Assembly (NCBI GenBank): GCA_046757665.1
Contig: JBHHYO010000005.1
Location: 8,983-72,982, forward strand
DNA length: 64,000 nucleotides
Direction of reading: 5' to 3'
Origin: Nitrospinales bacterium
Lineage (GTDB): Bacteria; Nitrospinota; Nitrospinia; Nitrospinales; JAJDAT01
Shown: one piece after another, positions 51,709-60,745 of the stretch
Numbering within the stretch: position 1 is the first letter of the stretch
How the letters are laid out: every line of letters starts with the position of its first letter
Program-made: the position numbers and the translations under genes
Notes under the pieces: model-generated
Told to the model about the DNA's origin: nothing
Database searches by the model: none
The model's input: only the letters and a program-made list of their open reading frames with translations

Positions 51709-52353
51709 CTAAAAAACCTTCACGATCAGGGAGGCGACTGTATCCTGCGACTGGGCGGTGAAAATCGCCGATCCGGTTTCCGCGCCTGTTAAGGTAACCG
51801 AGAAAATGACTTCCCGTGTCGTCTCGCCGGGGATCGTGGCTACCGGGGGCGAGGCGCTGGGAACGGCCCTCGTCCCCTCTGCCAGGGTAAGCGTGTTCGT
51901 GTTCTGGGAAATCGTCGCCGCCGGCGATATGGAATAGTTGGCGGTAACAGACGTTGACTTCTGCGGCGAGGCGGCGGTCGTGTCAAACTCTGTGGGCCGG
52001 GCCGCAAAGACCAGCGTTCCAAGCGCCCCGGAACTGAGCGTGCAGTCCTTCTTGTTGGTGTCGATGTTGCTGGCGGAGGTGGCGCAAATACAGTCCTTGC
52101 TGTCGACGCTGGTGCAGGTCAGGGACACCGTGATCAAGGCGGTGTCCTTTACCTTGACCTCGTTGCGGTTGGTGGTCGTCAACTTGATCGTGCGGTCGCC
52201 TCCCACCGCGATGGTCCCGCCCACGGTGGTGGTCACGCTACCGTCCACTCCGCTTGCTTCGTTCTTAACCGACCCGCACCCGGAAACCGCGCCCATCAGG
52301 GAAAAGACGAGCACGGCAATTCCCCAACTTCGGCTTGATTGGCTGATCTTCAT
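51709..52353 (-). CDS. Thr/Ser-rich lipoprotein
   Basis: Lipobox VSGC; beta-rich, four further Cys; GAGGG RBS. Confidence 0.75.
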   Translation of the reverse strand: MKISQSSRSWGIAVLVFSLMGAVSGCGSVKNEASGVDGSVTTTVGGTIAVGGDRTIKLTTTNRNEVKVKDTALITVSLTCTSVDSKDCICATSASNIDTNKKDCTLSSGALGTLVFAARPTEFDTTAASPQKSTSVTANYSISPAATISQNTNTLTLAEGTRAVPSASPPVATIPGETTREVIFSVTLTGAETGSAIFTAQSQDTVASLIVKVF

Positions 52354-52370
52354 AACGCAAACCCTCTCAT

Positions 52371-53447
52371 TTAATTTTCCAACACTTTTTTCAAGACCGC
52401 ATCCGGGACCTGGTCCACAATTTCGACGGCGCCGATTTCCTTTGCCAGGACAAATCGTATGCGTTCGTCGTGGGACTTTTTATCCAGGTGCATGGATTCG
52501 ATTAATTGCCTGGCCGGCAAATCCGGCACACGGGACGGCAGGCCGAATTTTTCCACCAGGGAGGCCAGTCGGCGGCACACCGTATCCGGACACAGCCCCA
52601 TTTCCCGGGAAAGCCTGGCCGCGTAAACCATGCCGATGGCTATGGCCTCGCCGTGTTTATAGACCGCATAATTCGTTACAGCTTCAATCGCATGTCCCAG
52701 AGTATGGCCAAAGTTAAGGATCATCCGCAAACGGTTTTCCTTTTCGTCTCTTTGCACCACCCGGCCCTTGATGGCACAGGAGGTTTCGACAATATGCTCC
52801 AGGCACGCGGGGTCCCGTTGCAGGATATTTTCCGCATGGTCGTCGAGATAGTCGAACAATTGGGCGTCGGCGATGACGCCATACTTGATGACCTCGGCCA
52901 GCCCCGCCCGGAATTCCTCCTGGGGCAGGGTGTTCAGGGTGTCGAGGTCGATGACAACCGCCCTGGGCTGATAAAAGACGCCGATCATGTTTTTCCCCAG
53001 AGAATGATTGACGGCGGTTTTGCCGCCGACACTGCTGTCCACCTGGGCCAGGAGGGTGGTGGGCGCCTGGATGAAAGGGATTCCTCTCATGAACGTCGCC
53101 GCCACAAACCCGGTGAGGTCGCCGATCACACCGCCGCCGAGAGCCACCAGCACCGACCGGCGGTCGCAATTCAATTCCAGAAGCCGGCCAAACAGTTTTT
53201 CCGCCTCTCCCAGGGATTTGTGCTCTTCTCCCTCGGGCACCTGGATGCAATCCGTTTTCAATCCCGCACGGTGCAGGCCGCCGACGGTTTTCTCGCCATG
53301 CAACCGGTCGATGGACGGATGCGTCACCACCACCGCCCGCGAGGTTTGCACCGCTTCGCACAGCAAGCGCCCGGTGTGTTCCAAAAGGCCCTGGCCGATC
53401 AGTATTTCATAACTTCTTTCTCCCAGATCGACGTTCAACCGCTTCAT
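52371..53447 (-). CDS. aroB: 3-dehydroquinate synthase
   Basis: GEEHKS, ALGGGVIGDL.GF, PTTLLAQVDSSVGGKT, LNFGHT.GHAIE, HGEA. Confidence 0.97.
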   Translation of the reverse strand: MKRLNVDLGERSYEILIGQGLLEHTGRLLCEAVQTSRAVVVTHPSIDRLHGEKTVGGLHRAGLKTDCIQVPEGEEHKSLGEAEKLFGRLLELNCDRRSVLVALGGGVIGDLTGFVAATFMRGIPFIQAPTTLLAQVDSSVGGKTAVNHSLGKNMIGVFYQPRAVVIDLDTLNTLPQEEFRAGLAEVIKYGVIADAQLFDYLDDHAENILQRDPACLEHIVETSCAIKGRVVQRDEKENRLRMILNFGHTLGHAIEAVTNYAVYKHGEAIAIGMVYAARLSREMGLCPDTVCRRLASLVEKFGLPSRVPDLPARQLIESMHLDKKSHDERIRFVLAKEIGAVEIVDQVPDAVLKKVLEN

Positions 53448-55351
53448 CGAGACGCCGGCAGTTCGATGTTTTCGACAATCGTCGGAGTGATGAAAATCAA
53501 CAGTTCGTTGACGACATCCTGGTTGGATTGACGCCGGAACAACGCACCCAGCAAGGGAATCTTGCCGAACAAGGGAACCATGTCGCGGGTTTCGTTGACG
53601 GTGTTTTCATAGAGTCCGCCAAGCACCGTGGTCTCGCCGTTTTTCACCAGGACTTCGGTCTGCGCTTCCTTGGTCGTAATGGACGGCACGTTGTCGACGG
53701 ACATGGCAAAGTCGGCGGCGTTCTTGGTCGCCAGGATTCTCATGTAAATATTGCCGTCCGCCGTAATATGCGGCGTAACCGTCAGACTGATATCGGCGTC
53801 GACGAACTGGATTTGCGTGCCGTCCTGGGAGACCGTTTTGAAAGGGATTCTGCGGCCGCTACGTATGACGGCCTTCCGGTTGTTGAGCGTGGTGACTTTG
53901 GGACTGGACAGGATTCTTCCTTTTCCCTGCGTTTCGATGGCGGACAATTGAATATCCAACTGGGTATTGCCGACAAAACTGCCCAGCGCCAGCCCCAGTC
54001 CCCCGGCGGTGCCGGCGGTTGACGGCAAATCCACGATGAATCCGGAAGGAGTCAGGGACGTGCCTGCCGTTCCCAGGCTGGGCGGCCCCAGGTTGACGGT
54101 ATTGGGGAACTCGTTGGGCGTGATGCGCGTCAACCGCCCCCCCCACTGGATGCCCAGGCTTTGCACAAAATTTTTGTTGACCTCGACGATCCGCGCCTCG
54201 ATCATCACCTGCCCCATACGCACGTCCAATGTTTCGATCAACGCCGCCATGCGGTCGATTCGGGCTTGCGTATCGGTCAGAATGATGGTGTTGGTCTGCT
54301 TGTCCATGGTGATCTTCCCGCGGGGGGATGTCATCGGTTTCAGATTTTTGATCAACGCCAGGATATCGGCATAATTGATGCGCACGGTCTGGGTAATCAT
54401 GTCGGCGGAGTCTTTTCCCGTCTGGACGGCGAGCGTACGCGCCTGCTCCACCGTTGCGCGGGTGGCGGCTTCCTGGTCCAGCGTGCTTTGCGTGGCGACT
54501 CTCAGAATGCCGTTAAAGCATTCGCGGCCGAGACCGTTATTCCTCATGACGGTGTTCAAGGCGACGTTCCACGGAACATTGATCAGTTTCATGGTGATGG
54601 TTCCCGCCACTTCCGGGGAAATCACGAGATTCAAGCCGCTTGTTTCGGCAATGATTCTCAGGATATTGCGCAAATCGGCCTGTTGGAAATCGAATGAGAT
54701 TTTTCCCTTTTCGCCGTTGCCGGCCAGGATGGGATCGCAGGGGTCTCCGGTCGGGTTTTGCTCCGCCACGGCGCCGCGTTCGTCATTCGGGCGCGCCAGT
54801 TGTCCAACCACTTCCGTTGAGATGGGCACTGCGGGTTCCGCCACGGATTTTTTTGCCGGGGGTGATTGCCCGGCTTCCTGCGCCACCGGTTGCAACCTGA
54901 TCAACAACCGGTTCTGCTTCGGTTGGCTGATCGAGTAGGACACCCGGCTGTTCAGGGAAACTTCCAGCCGCAACACTTCGGCTTCCTTGAAAAAAATCGG
55001 ATGTATCGATTGGACGACGCCCCGGTTGACTTCCATGGGCCGGGTTAAAATTCCTTCCCGCATTCGCGGCAGGTCCATGATCAGGCGAATGGGATTGGAA
55101 AGCTTGAAGGCGGTGTATTGGATGGCGTCCGAGGCCTCGATGCTGATCGAGACGTTTTCTCCATCCTGCTCGGTAGTCAGGCCGGTAATCGCCCGTACCG
55201 CTTCCGTTTTCGGCGCGGGTTGGGCGGCATTTTGCGCCATCCGCTCATCCAAGGAAGCCGTTTTTTGCGCCGCGAAAACCAGGGGAATCCACATCGCACA
55301 AAGGCTGAATGCTAAACAACGCAATAGTCTTTTCAATGTATTGGCGCTCAA
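53444..55351 (-). CDS. pilQ: Type IV pilus secretin PilQ (AMIN, N0, N-domain, secretin)
   Basis: AMIN (NPIRLIMDLP), ISFDFQ.AD...VPW, QVMIEARIVE, SSPKV.T, VTPHIT, VP..GKIP.LG.LFR, ELLIFITP. Confidence 0.93.
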   Translation of the reverse strand: MSANTLKRLLRCLAFSLCAMWIPLVFAAQKTASLDERMAQNAAQPAPKTEAVRAITGLTTEQDGENVSISIEASDAIQYTAFKLSNPIRLIMDLPRMREGILTRPMEVNRGVVQSIHPIFFKEAEVLRLEVSLNSRVSYSISQPKQNRLLIRLQPVAQEAGQSPPAKKSVAEPAVPISTEVVGQLARPNDERGAVAEQNPTGDPCDPILAGNGEKGKISFDFQQADLRNILRIIAETSGLNLVISPEVAGTITMKLINVPWNVALNTVMRNNGLGRECFNGILRVATQSTLDQEAATRATVEQARTLAVQTGKDSADMITQTVRINYADILALIKNLKPMTSPRGKITMDKQTNTIILTDTQARIDRMAALIETLDVRMGQVMIEARIVEVNKNFVQSLGIQWGGRLTRITPNEFPNTVNLGPPSLGTAGTSLTPSGFIVDLPSTAGTAGGLGLALGSFVGNTQLDIQLSAIETQGKGRILSSPKVTTLNNRKAVIRSGRRIPFKTVSQDGTQIQFVDADISLTVTPHITADGNIYMRILATKNAADFAMSVDNVPSITTKEAQTEVLVKNGETTVLGGLYENTVNETRDMVPLFGKIPLLGALFRRQSNQDVVNELLIFITPTIVENIELPASR

Positions 55352-57120
55352 GACTTCTCCTGTGCTTCATGCGATTCATGGCTTTCGTGGGAAAGTTCCA
55401 TTTCCCGTGTAGTGGACGTGATGTTTCCGAGGTAATCCCTTGCACGTTCCACAATGATCAGTTTTTCCGGTTCAATCAATTCAACCACGCCGAAATGGGG
55501 TCCGATGAGAGTTCCCGGTTTAACGGTATGACCTCTCGCGTCCTCGGTTTCGATCAGCGCAACCGGTTCCATTCCGCCCCAGAGGACCCCGACGAAGCGC
55601 ATCGATTCCAGTTTCCTCGCCTGCAAAGGCGACTGCGGCATACTGGCAACCCGCCCGTTGGCCTTGTCTATCAGTTGTCCGTAAAACTTGACGAGGCTGA
55701 TGTAACTCTTCCTTTCCATGACCTGTAGCCGGGATTTTTCCCGGAACAATTTCGCGTAGTGTTCCAGGTCGGCGTAGAGCCGCGGGTCGTTTTCCCGGAT
55801 ATCCCGATAGAGTTCAAAGGGAATGGGTTTGAGCGCATTGAGTTCGTTGTCGAACCGTCTGGCTTGCCGGGCTTTCTCCGCCGCCAGCCTGGCGTTTTCC
55901 GCCCGCGTCCGTTCCGCCGCCAGAAGGTCCTTTTCTTCCTGCGCCAGAATACTCCGCGAAGCAATCCGGATGATGTTGTCGGAACATTCCTGAGCGAGGC
56001 CGGTGTTTTTCAGGATCATGAACAAAGCCAGATTCCAGGGAACGTCCGTAAGCTTCATGGTCAACGTTCCCTTGACATCGGGCGAGATCACCAGGTTAAA
56101 ACCGCCGATTTCGGAAATGAACCGCAAGGTATTGCGTAAGTTGGCTTGTTTGAAGTCGAACGAAATCTTGCTTTTGTTGCCGAGCAAGATCCCCTGGCAA
56201 TTATCGCTGGTGGTCGTCTCCACAACGGCGGCCTTGGCGAGCACTTCCGCTTCACGTTTCAGGTCATCGCGCGTGGCGACGCGGACCACCGTATCGAAAC
56301 ACTCGCGGCCAAGCCCATTGTTCTTCAGGATTTTGCTGAAGGCCCGGTTCCAGGGAACGTCGATCAGCCGCATGGCCAAAGTTCCGGAAACTTTCGGCGC
56401 AAAAACCAGGTTGAAGCCTCCGGTCTCCGCGATGAGTTGCAGGATGCGCCGCAGGTCGGCGCGATGGAAGTCGAGGGAGATTTTTTCTTTGTCACCGGAG
56501 AAAATTTTATCGCAGGGGTCTTCCATATCGGAATGTTGCACCGCGGGCCCCCCTGCCGGCGGTTTTTCCAGGGCCAACCGCACCGTTTTGCCATCGGTCG
56601 CTCCTCGTTCAGAGGCGCTCCGGGAAGCCTGCATCAGGGTGATCAGCAATTTGTTTTTCTGCGGCTTGGAGATTTTATAGGGAACTTCCCGGTTCAGCTC
56701 AATCTCCAGGCGCAACACTTGCGCCTCGGAAAAATACATTGGCTGGATGGCGCTGACGGCCCCCTGACCGATTTTGATTGGGCCGGTGATCACCCCTTCC
56801 TCCATTTGCGGCAAATCCAGAACCAGGCGAAGAGGGTTGTACAGCTTGAAGGCGGTATACTGGATTTTGTCCGTCGCCTCGATGCTGATGGAGACCTCTG
56901 CCTCTTCTTGCCGCGTGGTGAGGCCGGTGATGCGCGCCAAGGCAGGCTCCAGGTTTTGCGAAGGCGCCTCCGGCTGTCTGCCGGCGTCTTCGGTGGCCGC
57001 CTTTTGCTCCATCGCCGCGGACGGCGATTTTTCCTCGGCGGCAACCACGGCTACCCCCGCCGCGACGCAAAAACCAGCGACCCAAAAAAGCAGTATTGAG
57101 GTAAACCTTTTTTTGTTCAA
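55348..57120 (-). CDS. Secretin-less PilQ N-terminal region (AMIN + two N0/STN) fused to a PilP domain
   Basis: N-terminal part aligns by eye with PilQ at 53444-55351; C-terminal part aligns with PilP at 57117-57920. Confidence 0.85.
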   Translation of the reverse strand: MNKKRFTSILLFWVAGFCVAAGVAVVAAEEKSPSAAMEQKAATEDAGRQPEAPSQNLEPALARITGLTTRQEEAEVSISIEATDKIQYTAFKLYNPLRLVLDLPQMEEGVITGPIKIGQGAVSAIQPMYFSEAQVLRLEIELNREVPYKISKPQKNKLLITLMQASRSASERGATDGKTVRLALEKPPAGGPAVQHSDMEDPCDKIFSGDKEKISLDFHRADLRRILQLIAETGGFNLVFAPKVSGTLAMRLIDVPWNRAFSKILKNNGLGRECFDTVVRVATRDDLKREAEVLAKAAVVETTTSDNCQGILLGNKSKISFDFKQANLRNTLRFISEIGGFNLVISPDVKGTLTMKLTDVPWNLALFMILKNTGLAQECSDNIIRIASRSILAQEEKDLLAAERTRAENARLAAEKARQARRFDNELNALKPIPFELYRDIRENDPRLYADLEHYAKLFREKSRLQVMERKSYISLVKFYGQLIDKANGRVASMPQSPLQARKLESMRFVGVLWGGMEPVALIETEDARGHTVKPGTLIGPHFGVVELIEPEKLIIVERARDYLGNITSTTREMELSHESHESHEAQEKS

Positions 57121-57920
57121 GATTTCTCCCGTTTCGCTTTGAGGTTTTTGATGAGTTGAATTTTCCGGATCCGTGACTTGACGTCGCCGCGAAAATCCCT
57201 ATCGCGCTCCAACACGGTAATATAATCGTGGCTGATGGATTGGACCACGCCGAAACGAGACCCCACAAGCATTCCCTGGCGCACAGTATGCCCTTTGTGG
57301 CCCGATGTTTCAACCAGGGCCACCGGTTTCGCTCCTCCCCAAACGATTCCGACCAGCCTCAAGCTTTTCAAGTCCGTCTGCAACGGCGTTTTGGCCAGCC
57401 GTTTGCCAAATTCGTTGGCCTTGTTGATCAGCCGCTTGTAGACCCCGACCGTTTTCAAATAATCTTCGATGGTCAATTTTCGCAAACCGGTCTTTTCGCG
57501 GAACAGGCGGCTGTAATGGTCGAGATCGGCGTACAGGACAGGTGCGCGTTTCGCAATTTCCCGGTAAAGTTCGACGGGAATGAGGCCGAGAGATTTGACC
57601 TCCTTGCCAAATTCGGTGAATCTCTTGATTTTTCTCGCCTGCCTTTGCGAAGCCGCTTGTTGGCGGATTCTTTTGGCTCTTTTGACTTCGCTTTCGGTTT
57701 CGGTTTCCGTCACCAGGGGAACGAAGGGATCGCGTTTGGTCTGAGTCAGGTACTTTGGATGCAAAACGTAATCTCCGGTCCGGGATATCTTGTCCCGGTT
57801 GGCGGCCATCACCAGGGAAGACGGGGCTCCCAGCTTGACCGACCAGTCGACGGCGTGGAATCCAGATGTTGTCATCATGGCAAACATCGCCAGTACAAGG
57901 TGTTTTGTCGATTGGCGCAT
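57117..57920 (-). CDS. pilP: Type IV pilus assembly protein PilP-like
   Basis: KRDPFVP, TPLQ.DL.SLRLVGIVWG..PVALVE...GHTV..G..VG..FG.V. Confidence 0.82.
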   Translation of the reverse strand: MRQSTKHLVLAMFAMMTTSGFHAVDWSVKLGAPSSLVMAANRDKISRTGDYVLHPKYLTQTKRDPFVPLVTETETESEVKRAKRIRQQAASQRQARKIKRFTEFGKEVKSLGLIPVELYREIAKRAPVLYADLDHYSRLFREKTGLRKLTIEDYLKTVGVYKRLINKANEFGKRLAKTPLQTDLKSLRLVGIVWGGAKPVALVETSGHKGHTVRQGMLVGSRFGVVQSISHDYITVLERDRDFRGDVKSRIRKIQLIKNLKAKREKS

Positions 57921-57940
57921 GGGTTGCTGGGTCGCCGTGT

Positions 57941-58570
57941 TTATGTGTTCTTCTTTTTCGGTTTGGTGGCGGGCCGGTCCTCGGCGCCCTCAACATAACT
58001 GTAGGCCACCGCCACGGAACTGGTTGTTAACGGTTTTAACTTCGCACCTTCGGGCCCAATACTCTCAATCTTCATCTGGGTCAGATTGACCAGGTGGAGC
58101 AAATTCTGCACGGCGTCCAGGAAACCCATGGTTTTGTAAAACCCACCCTGCACGTCGATCTTTATCGGGGTCTCCTTGTAAAAATCGTTAGTCTCCTCCG
58201 GCAACGAACGAATGAGCACAATGTTCAATCCCAGGGACGTGCCGATTTCGGACACCTGCCTGAGGAAATTGACGATTTCCTGCCGGCTCGGCAGTTGGCT
58301 TTTGATTTGCGCCAGTTCCCCCTGCGCGGCGGCCAGTTTGGCGCGCATCTCGTCCTCTTTTTCGATGAGAGCCCGGTAATTTTTCAGCTTGTCTTCCGTC
58401 TGGGACTTTTTGGTCTGCAATGAATCGAACTCGATCTGAAGCAAACCGTACAGGGTCAAATGAAAAGCAACAAACAAAAGCACTCCCAGACCAAAGGCTC
58501 CCGCAAGCAAATGGGTAAATTTGATGTTGCTTAATTTATCATAAGGCAACTTGTCAAACAATTTTTCCAT
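57941..58570 (-). CDS. pilO: Type IV pilus assembly protein PilO
   Basis: N-terminal TM, coiled coil, QLPS..EI..FL, FY.E.PI.I.V.G.F; position in the pil cluster. Confidence 0.88.
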   Translation of the reverse strand: MEKLFDKLPYDKLSNIKFTHLLAGAFGLGVLLFVAFHLTLYGLLQIEFDSLQTKKSQTEDKLKNYRALIEKEDEMRAKLAAAQGELAQIKSQLPSRQEIVNFLRQVSEIGTSLGLNIVLIRSLPEETNDFYKETPIKIDVQGGFYKTMGFLDAVQNLLHLVNLTQMKIESIGPEGAKLKPLTTSSVAVAYSYVEGAEDRPATKPKKKNT

Positions 58571-58590
58571 ACCGGTCACACTCGAAAAAG

Positions 58591-58614
58591 CGCGACGCGA
58601 CGCGACGCGACGCG
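58591..58614. repeat. Pentanucleotide simple sequence repeat (CGCGA)4CGCG
   Basis: Perfect tandem tract 20 nt upstream of the pilO ATG. Confidence 0.9.
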
Positions 58615-58687
58615 CGGTCAAACTGCAAACGCCTGTACATGTCTTTGCCGCGGCATGGTTGGTCCCGCTCCTGCCGCCGCCTGAGTT

Positions 58688-59782
58688 TCATATTTTGTAA
58701 TCGAACCTCCGGGTGGCCAGCCCCAGGGCCACGGTAGCGACGGGGGCCAGCTCCGCAATACACGCCAGATCGAATTTCTTGCGGTTGACTGTCACGGATT
58801 TCAAGGGGTCCTGTATCTCCACGGGCAAGTCCAGCCGGTCGGCAAACAAACCGTCCACGCCGCGGATCAAAGCGCCTCCCCCGCTTAACAGCACCCGCTC
58901 GACCGACGTCCCCATGGTGTTTTTAAAACTCTCCAGGGCGGTTTTAATTTCTTCGAAGACGGGCTCAAACGATTCGACAATGACCTTGATGACTGCATCC
59001 TTGTCGGTCTTCCCGGGAATTTCTCCTTTTTTGCAGGCATTTGCCTCTTCAAAAGAGATGCCCAGATCGGCCATCAGCTTTTCGGTACACTGAACGCCAC
59101 CAATATGAAAATCCCGGGTAAAATAGATATCGCCCCGGTACAACAGATTGATATGGGTAAAGGAGGCCCCCAGGTCGACCAGGGCCACCGCGCCCAGGCG
59201 CTCCAGGTTGGTCGACAGGCCGGCGGCATTCATCATGGCAAAAACATCCAGGTCGACGATCACCGGCTTCAGACCTGCCTCTCCAAGAATCTCCATCCGG
59301 TTGTCTATGGTTTCCTTTTGCGCGGCGACAAGGAGAACTTCCATCAGGTCCTGGTCGGAATCATCCGAATCGTCCGGCCGCGCGGTTTTCTGATCCACGG
59401 TCTTGAGGATTTGATAATCCATGCTGACATCATCGATATTGAATGGAATATACTGTTCCGCCTCTTCGCGGATTTTCTCGCTAAGCTCTTCGGAGGACAT
59501 GATCGGCAGTTTGATTTTTTTGATGATCACCGTTTCTCCGGAAACCGAGGCCACGGCATGTCGGGTTTTGATATTTTCGGCTTTTACGAGCCGGGCCAGG
59601 GCATCCACGACATGGTCCATGTCCTTGACAGCGCCATCGGTAATCGACTCGGGGGAAAGGGGCATCATGCCAAAACTCAACAGCTCGTACGCATTATTAC
59701 GCAAACGCCCCAATTGCGCCAATTTTATGGAATAAGAACCAATATCCACCGCGACCAGGGGCGTTTTTTCGGAAAGAAACAT
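58688..59782 (-). CDS. pilM: Type IV pilus assembly protein PilM
   Basis: VDIGS.SIK, EAEQYIPF.IDDV..DY, VLLVAA, VDLGAS, LSGGGA, A.GLA.R. Confidence 0.93.
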   Translation of the reverse strand: MFLSEKTPLVAVDIGSYSIKLAQLGRLRNNAYELLSFGMMPLSPESITDGAVKDMDHVVDALARLVKAENIKTRHAVASVSGETVIIKKIKLPIMSSEELSEKIREEAEQYIPFNIDDVSMDYQILKTVDQKTARPDDSDDSDQDLMEVLLVAAQKETIDNRMEILGEAGLKPVIVDLDVFAMMNAAGLSTNLERLGAVALVDLGASFTHINLLYRGDIYFTRDFHIGGVQCTEKLMADLGISFEEANACKKGEIPGKTDKDAVIKVIVESFEPVFEEIKTALESFKNTMGTSVERVLLSGGGALIRGVDGLFADRLDLPVEIQDPLKSVTVNRKKFDLACIAELAPVATVALGLATRRFDYKI

Positions 59783-60024
59783 GATGTCGTTCCCAGTGCT
59801 AGAGTAACAGCCCAAATGCTAACGAAAGTAGCATACTTTGACAAGCATAGAATGAAATAATTTTTTATTTACCAAGCGGTTGTCGAAAGGCGGGAAACAC
59901 GCGAATCCTCCCGGCAACGGTCCCGCACCCCTGCTTCACAATGCTCATTGGACCGTCGAAGCGCGAGAGTTCATACGCGAACACCAGCAGGCAACGCCGG
60001 AACGGTTTTTCAACTCTCTTGAAA

Positions 60025-60040
60025 AGCAAGCATTGTGCCA
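60025..60040 (-). promoter_or_regulatory. Sigma54 (-24/-12) promoter upstream of pilM
   Basis: Minus strand TGGCAC-AATGC-TTGCT matches the TGGCAC-N5-TTGC consensus. Confidence 0.75.
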
Positions 60041-60261
60041 CCGCAGGAAACGGCATAACCAATGAAAATTCAATTGGTTTTATGGGAGGGATGTTCCGGG
60101 GGAATGGTTGGCGCGGTCCTGAATCAAAACATCGTCTACAAAACTGCACACCCGGTTCCCGGACTTGAGCCATTGCTCCGGGCATTGCAACATGAAAAAT
60201 CCCGGTTCGGGAGACGTCCTCCGGATTCACTCCGCCAGCCGTCTGTTCGTTCCGGGAACGG

Positions 60262-60504
60262 TTATCGCGCCAGCCGGGCAGGTTTTCCGCTTTTGTTCTC
60301 GGTATTGTTGTCGGAAAAAATCTTCGCCCGGTCGGTCAATTTGTAACCCAGCGCCGTGATGATTTTTCGTTTGGTGTCCAGCCGGCAGTCATTACCCTTC
60401 TCGATGCGGTCAATGGTTTGCACGGTAACACTTGCCTTCCGCGCAAGTTCAGCTTTGCTCATCATTTTCGACTCACGAATTTTTTTGACACTATTCATGA
60501 CCAT
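60262..60504 (-). CDS. XRE-family helix-turn-helix protein
   Basis: VKKIRE...MSKAELARKASVTVQTIDRIEKG; GAGGAG RBS. Confidence 0.88.
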   Translation of the reverse strand: MVMNSVKKIRESKMMSKAELARKASVTVQTIDRIEKGNDCRLDTKRKIITALGYKLTDRAKIFSDNNTENKSGKPARLAR

Positions 60505-60591
60505 AGTCGTATCCGCTCCTCAGCTAAAGGTTCACTTCGCGAAAAAGACGAGCCGTAACTCGCCGTACCAGTTTTTTATGGATTAGGCCCA

Positions 60592-60620
60592 ATAGTAATA
60601 AAACCGGCGAAGTCTGTCAA
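60592..60620 (-). promoter_or_regulatory. Sigma70 promoter for the HTH gene
   Basis: TTGACA-N17-TACTAT on the minus strand. Confidence 0.7.
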
Positions 60621-60640
60621 CAAAATTTTTATTAATAATA

Positions 60641-60680
60641 TAAATTTAATTAAATTTAGTCAAATTTAATTAAATTTAAT
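60641..60680. repeat. Four tandem 10-bp AT-rich repeats
   Basis: TAAATTTAAT TAAATTTAGT CAAATTTAAT TAAATTTAAT. Confidence 0.9.
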
Positions 60681-60745
60681 AAGCGCTTCTCCGCACCGCG
60701 GAACCGTTTTCATCCCTCAGCTCCGGCATTTCAAGTATGCCGAAT

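Noticed and set aside
59865-60230. 121-aa ORF between pilM and the HTH gene
   Set aside because: No recognisable features and it spans a consensus sigma54 promoter; more likely regulatory DNA.
60621-60700. AT-rich repeats as an oriC unwinding element or iterons
   Set aside because: No DnaA boxes, dnaA or rep gene seen nearby; position fits a promoter-upstream element better.
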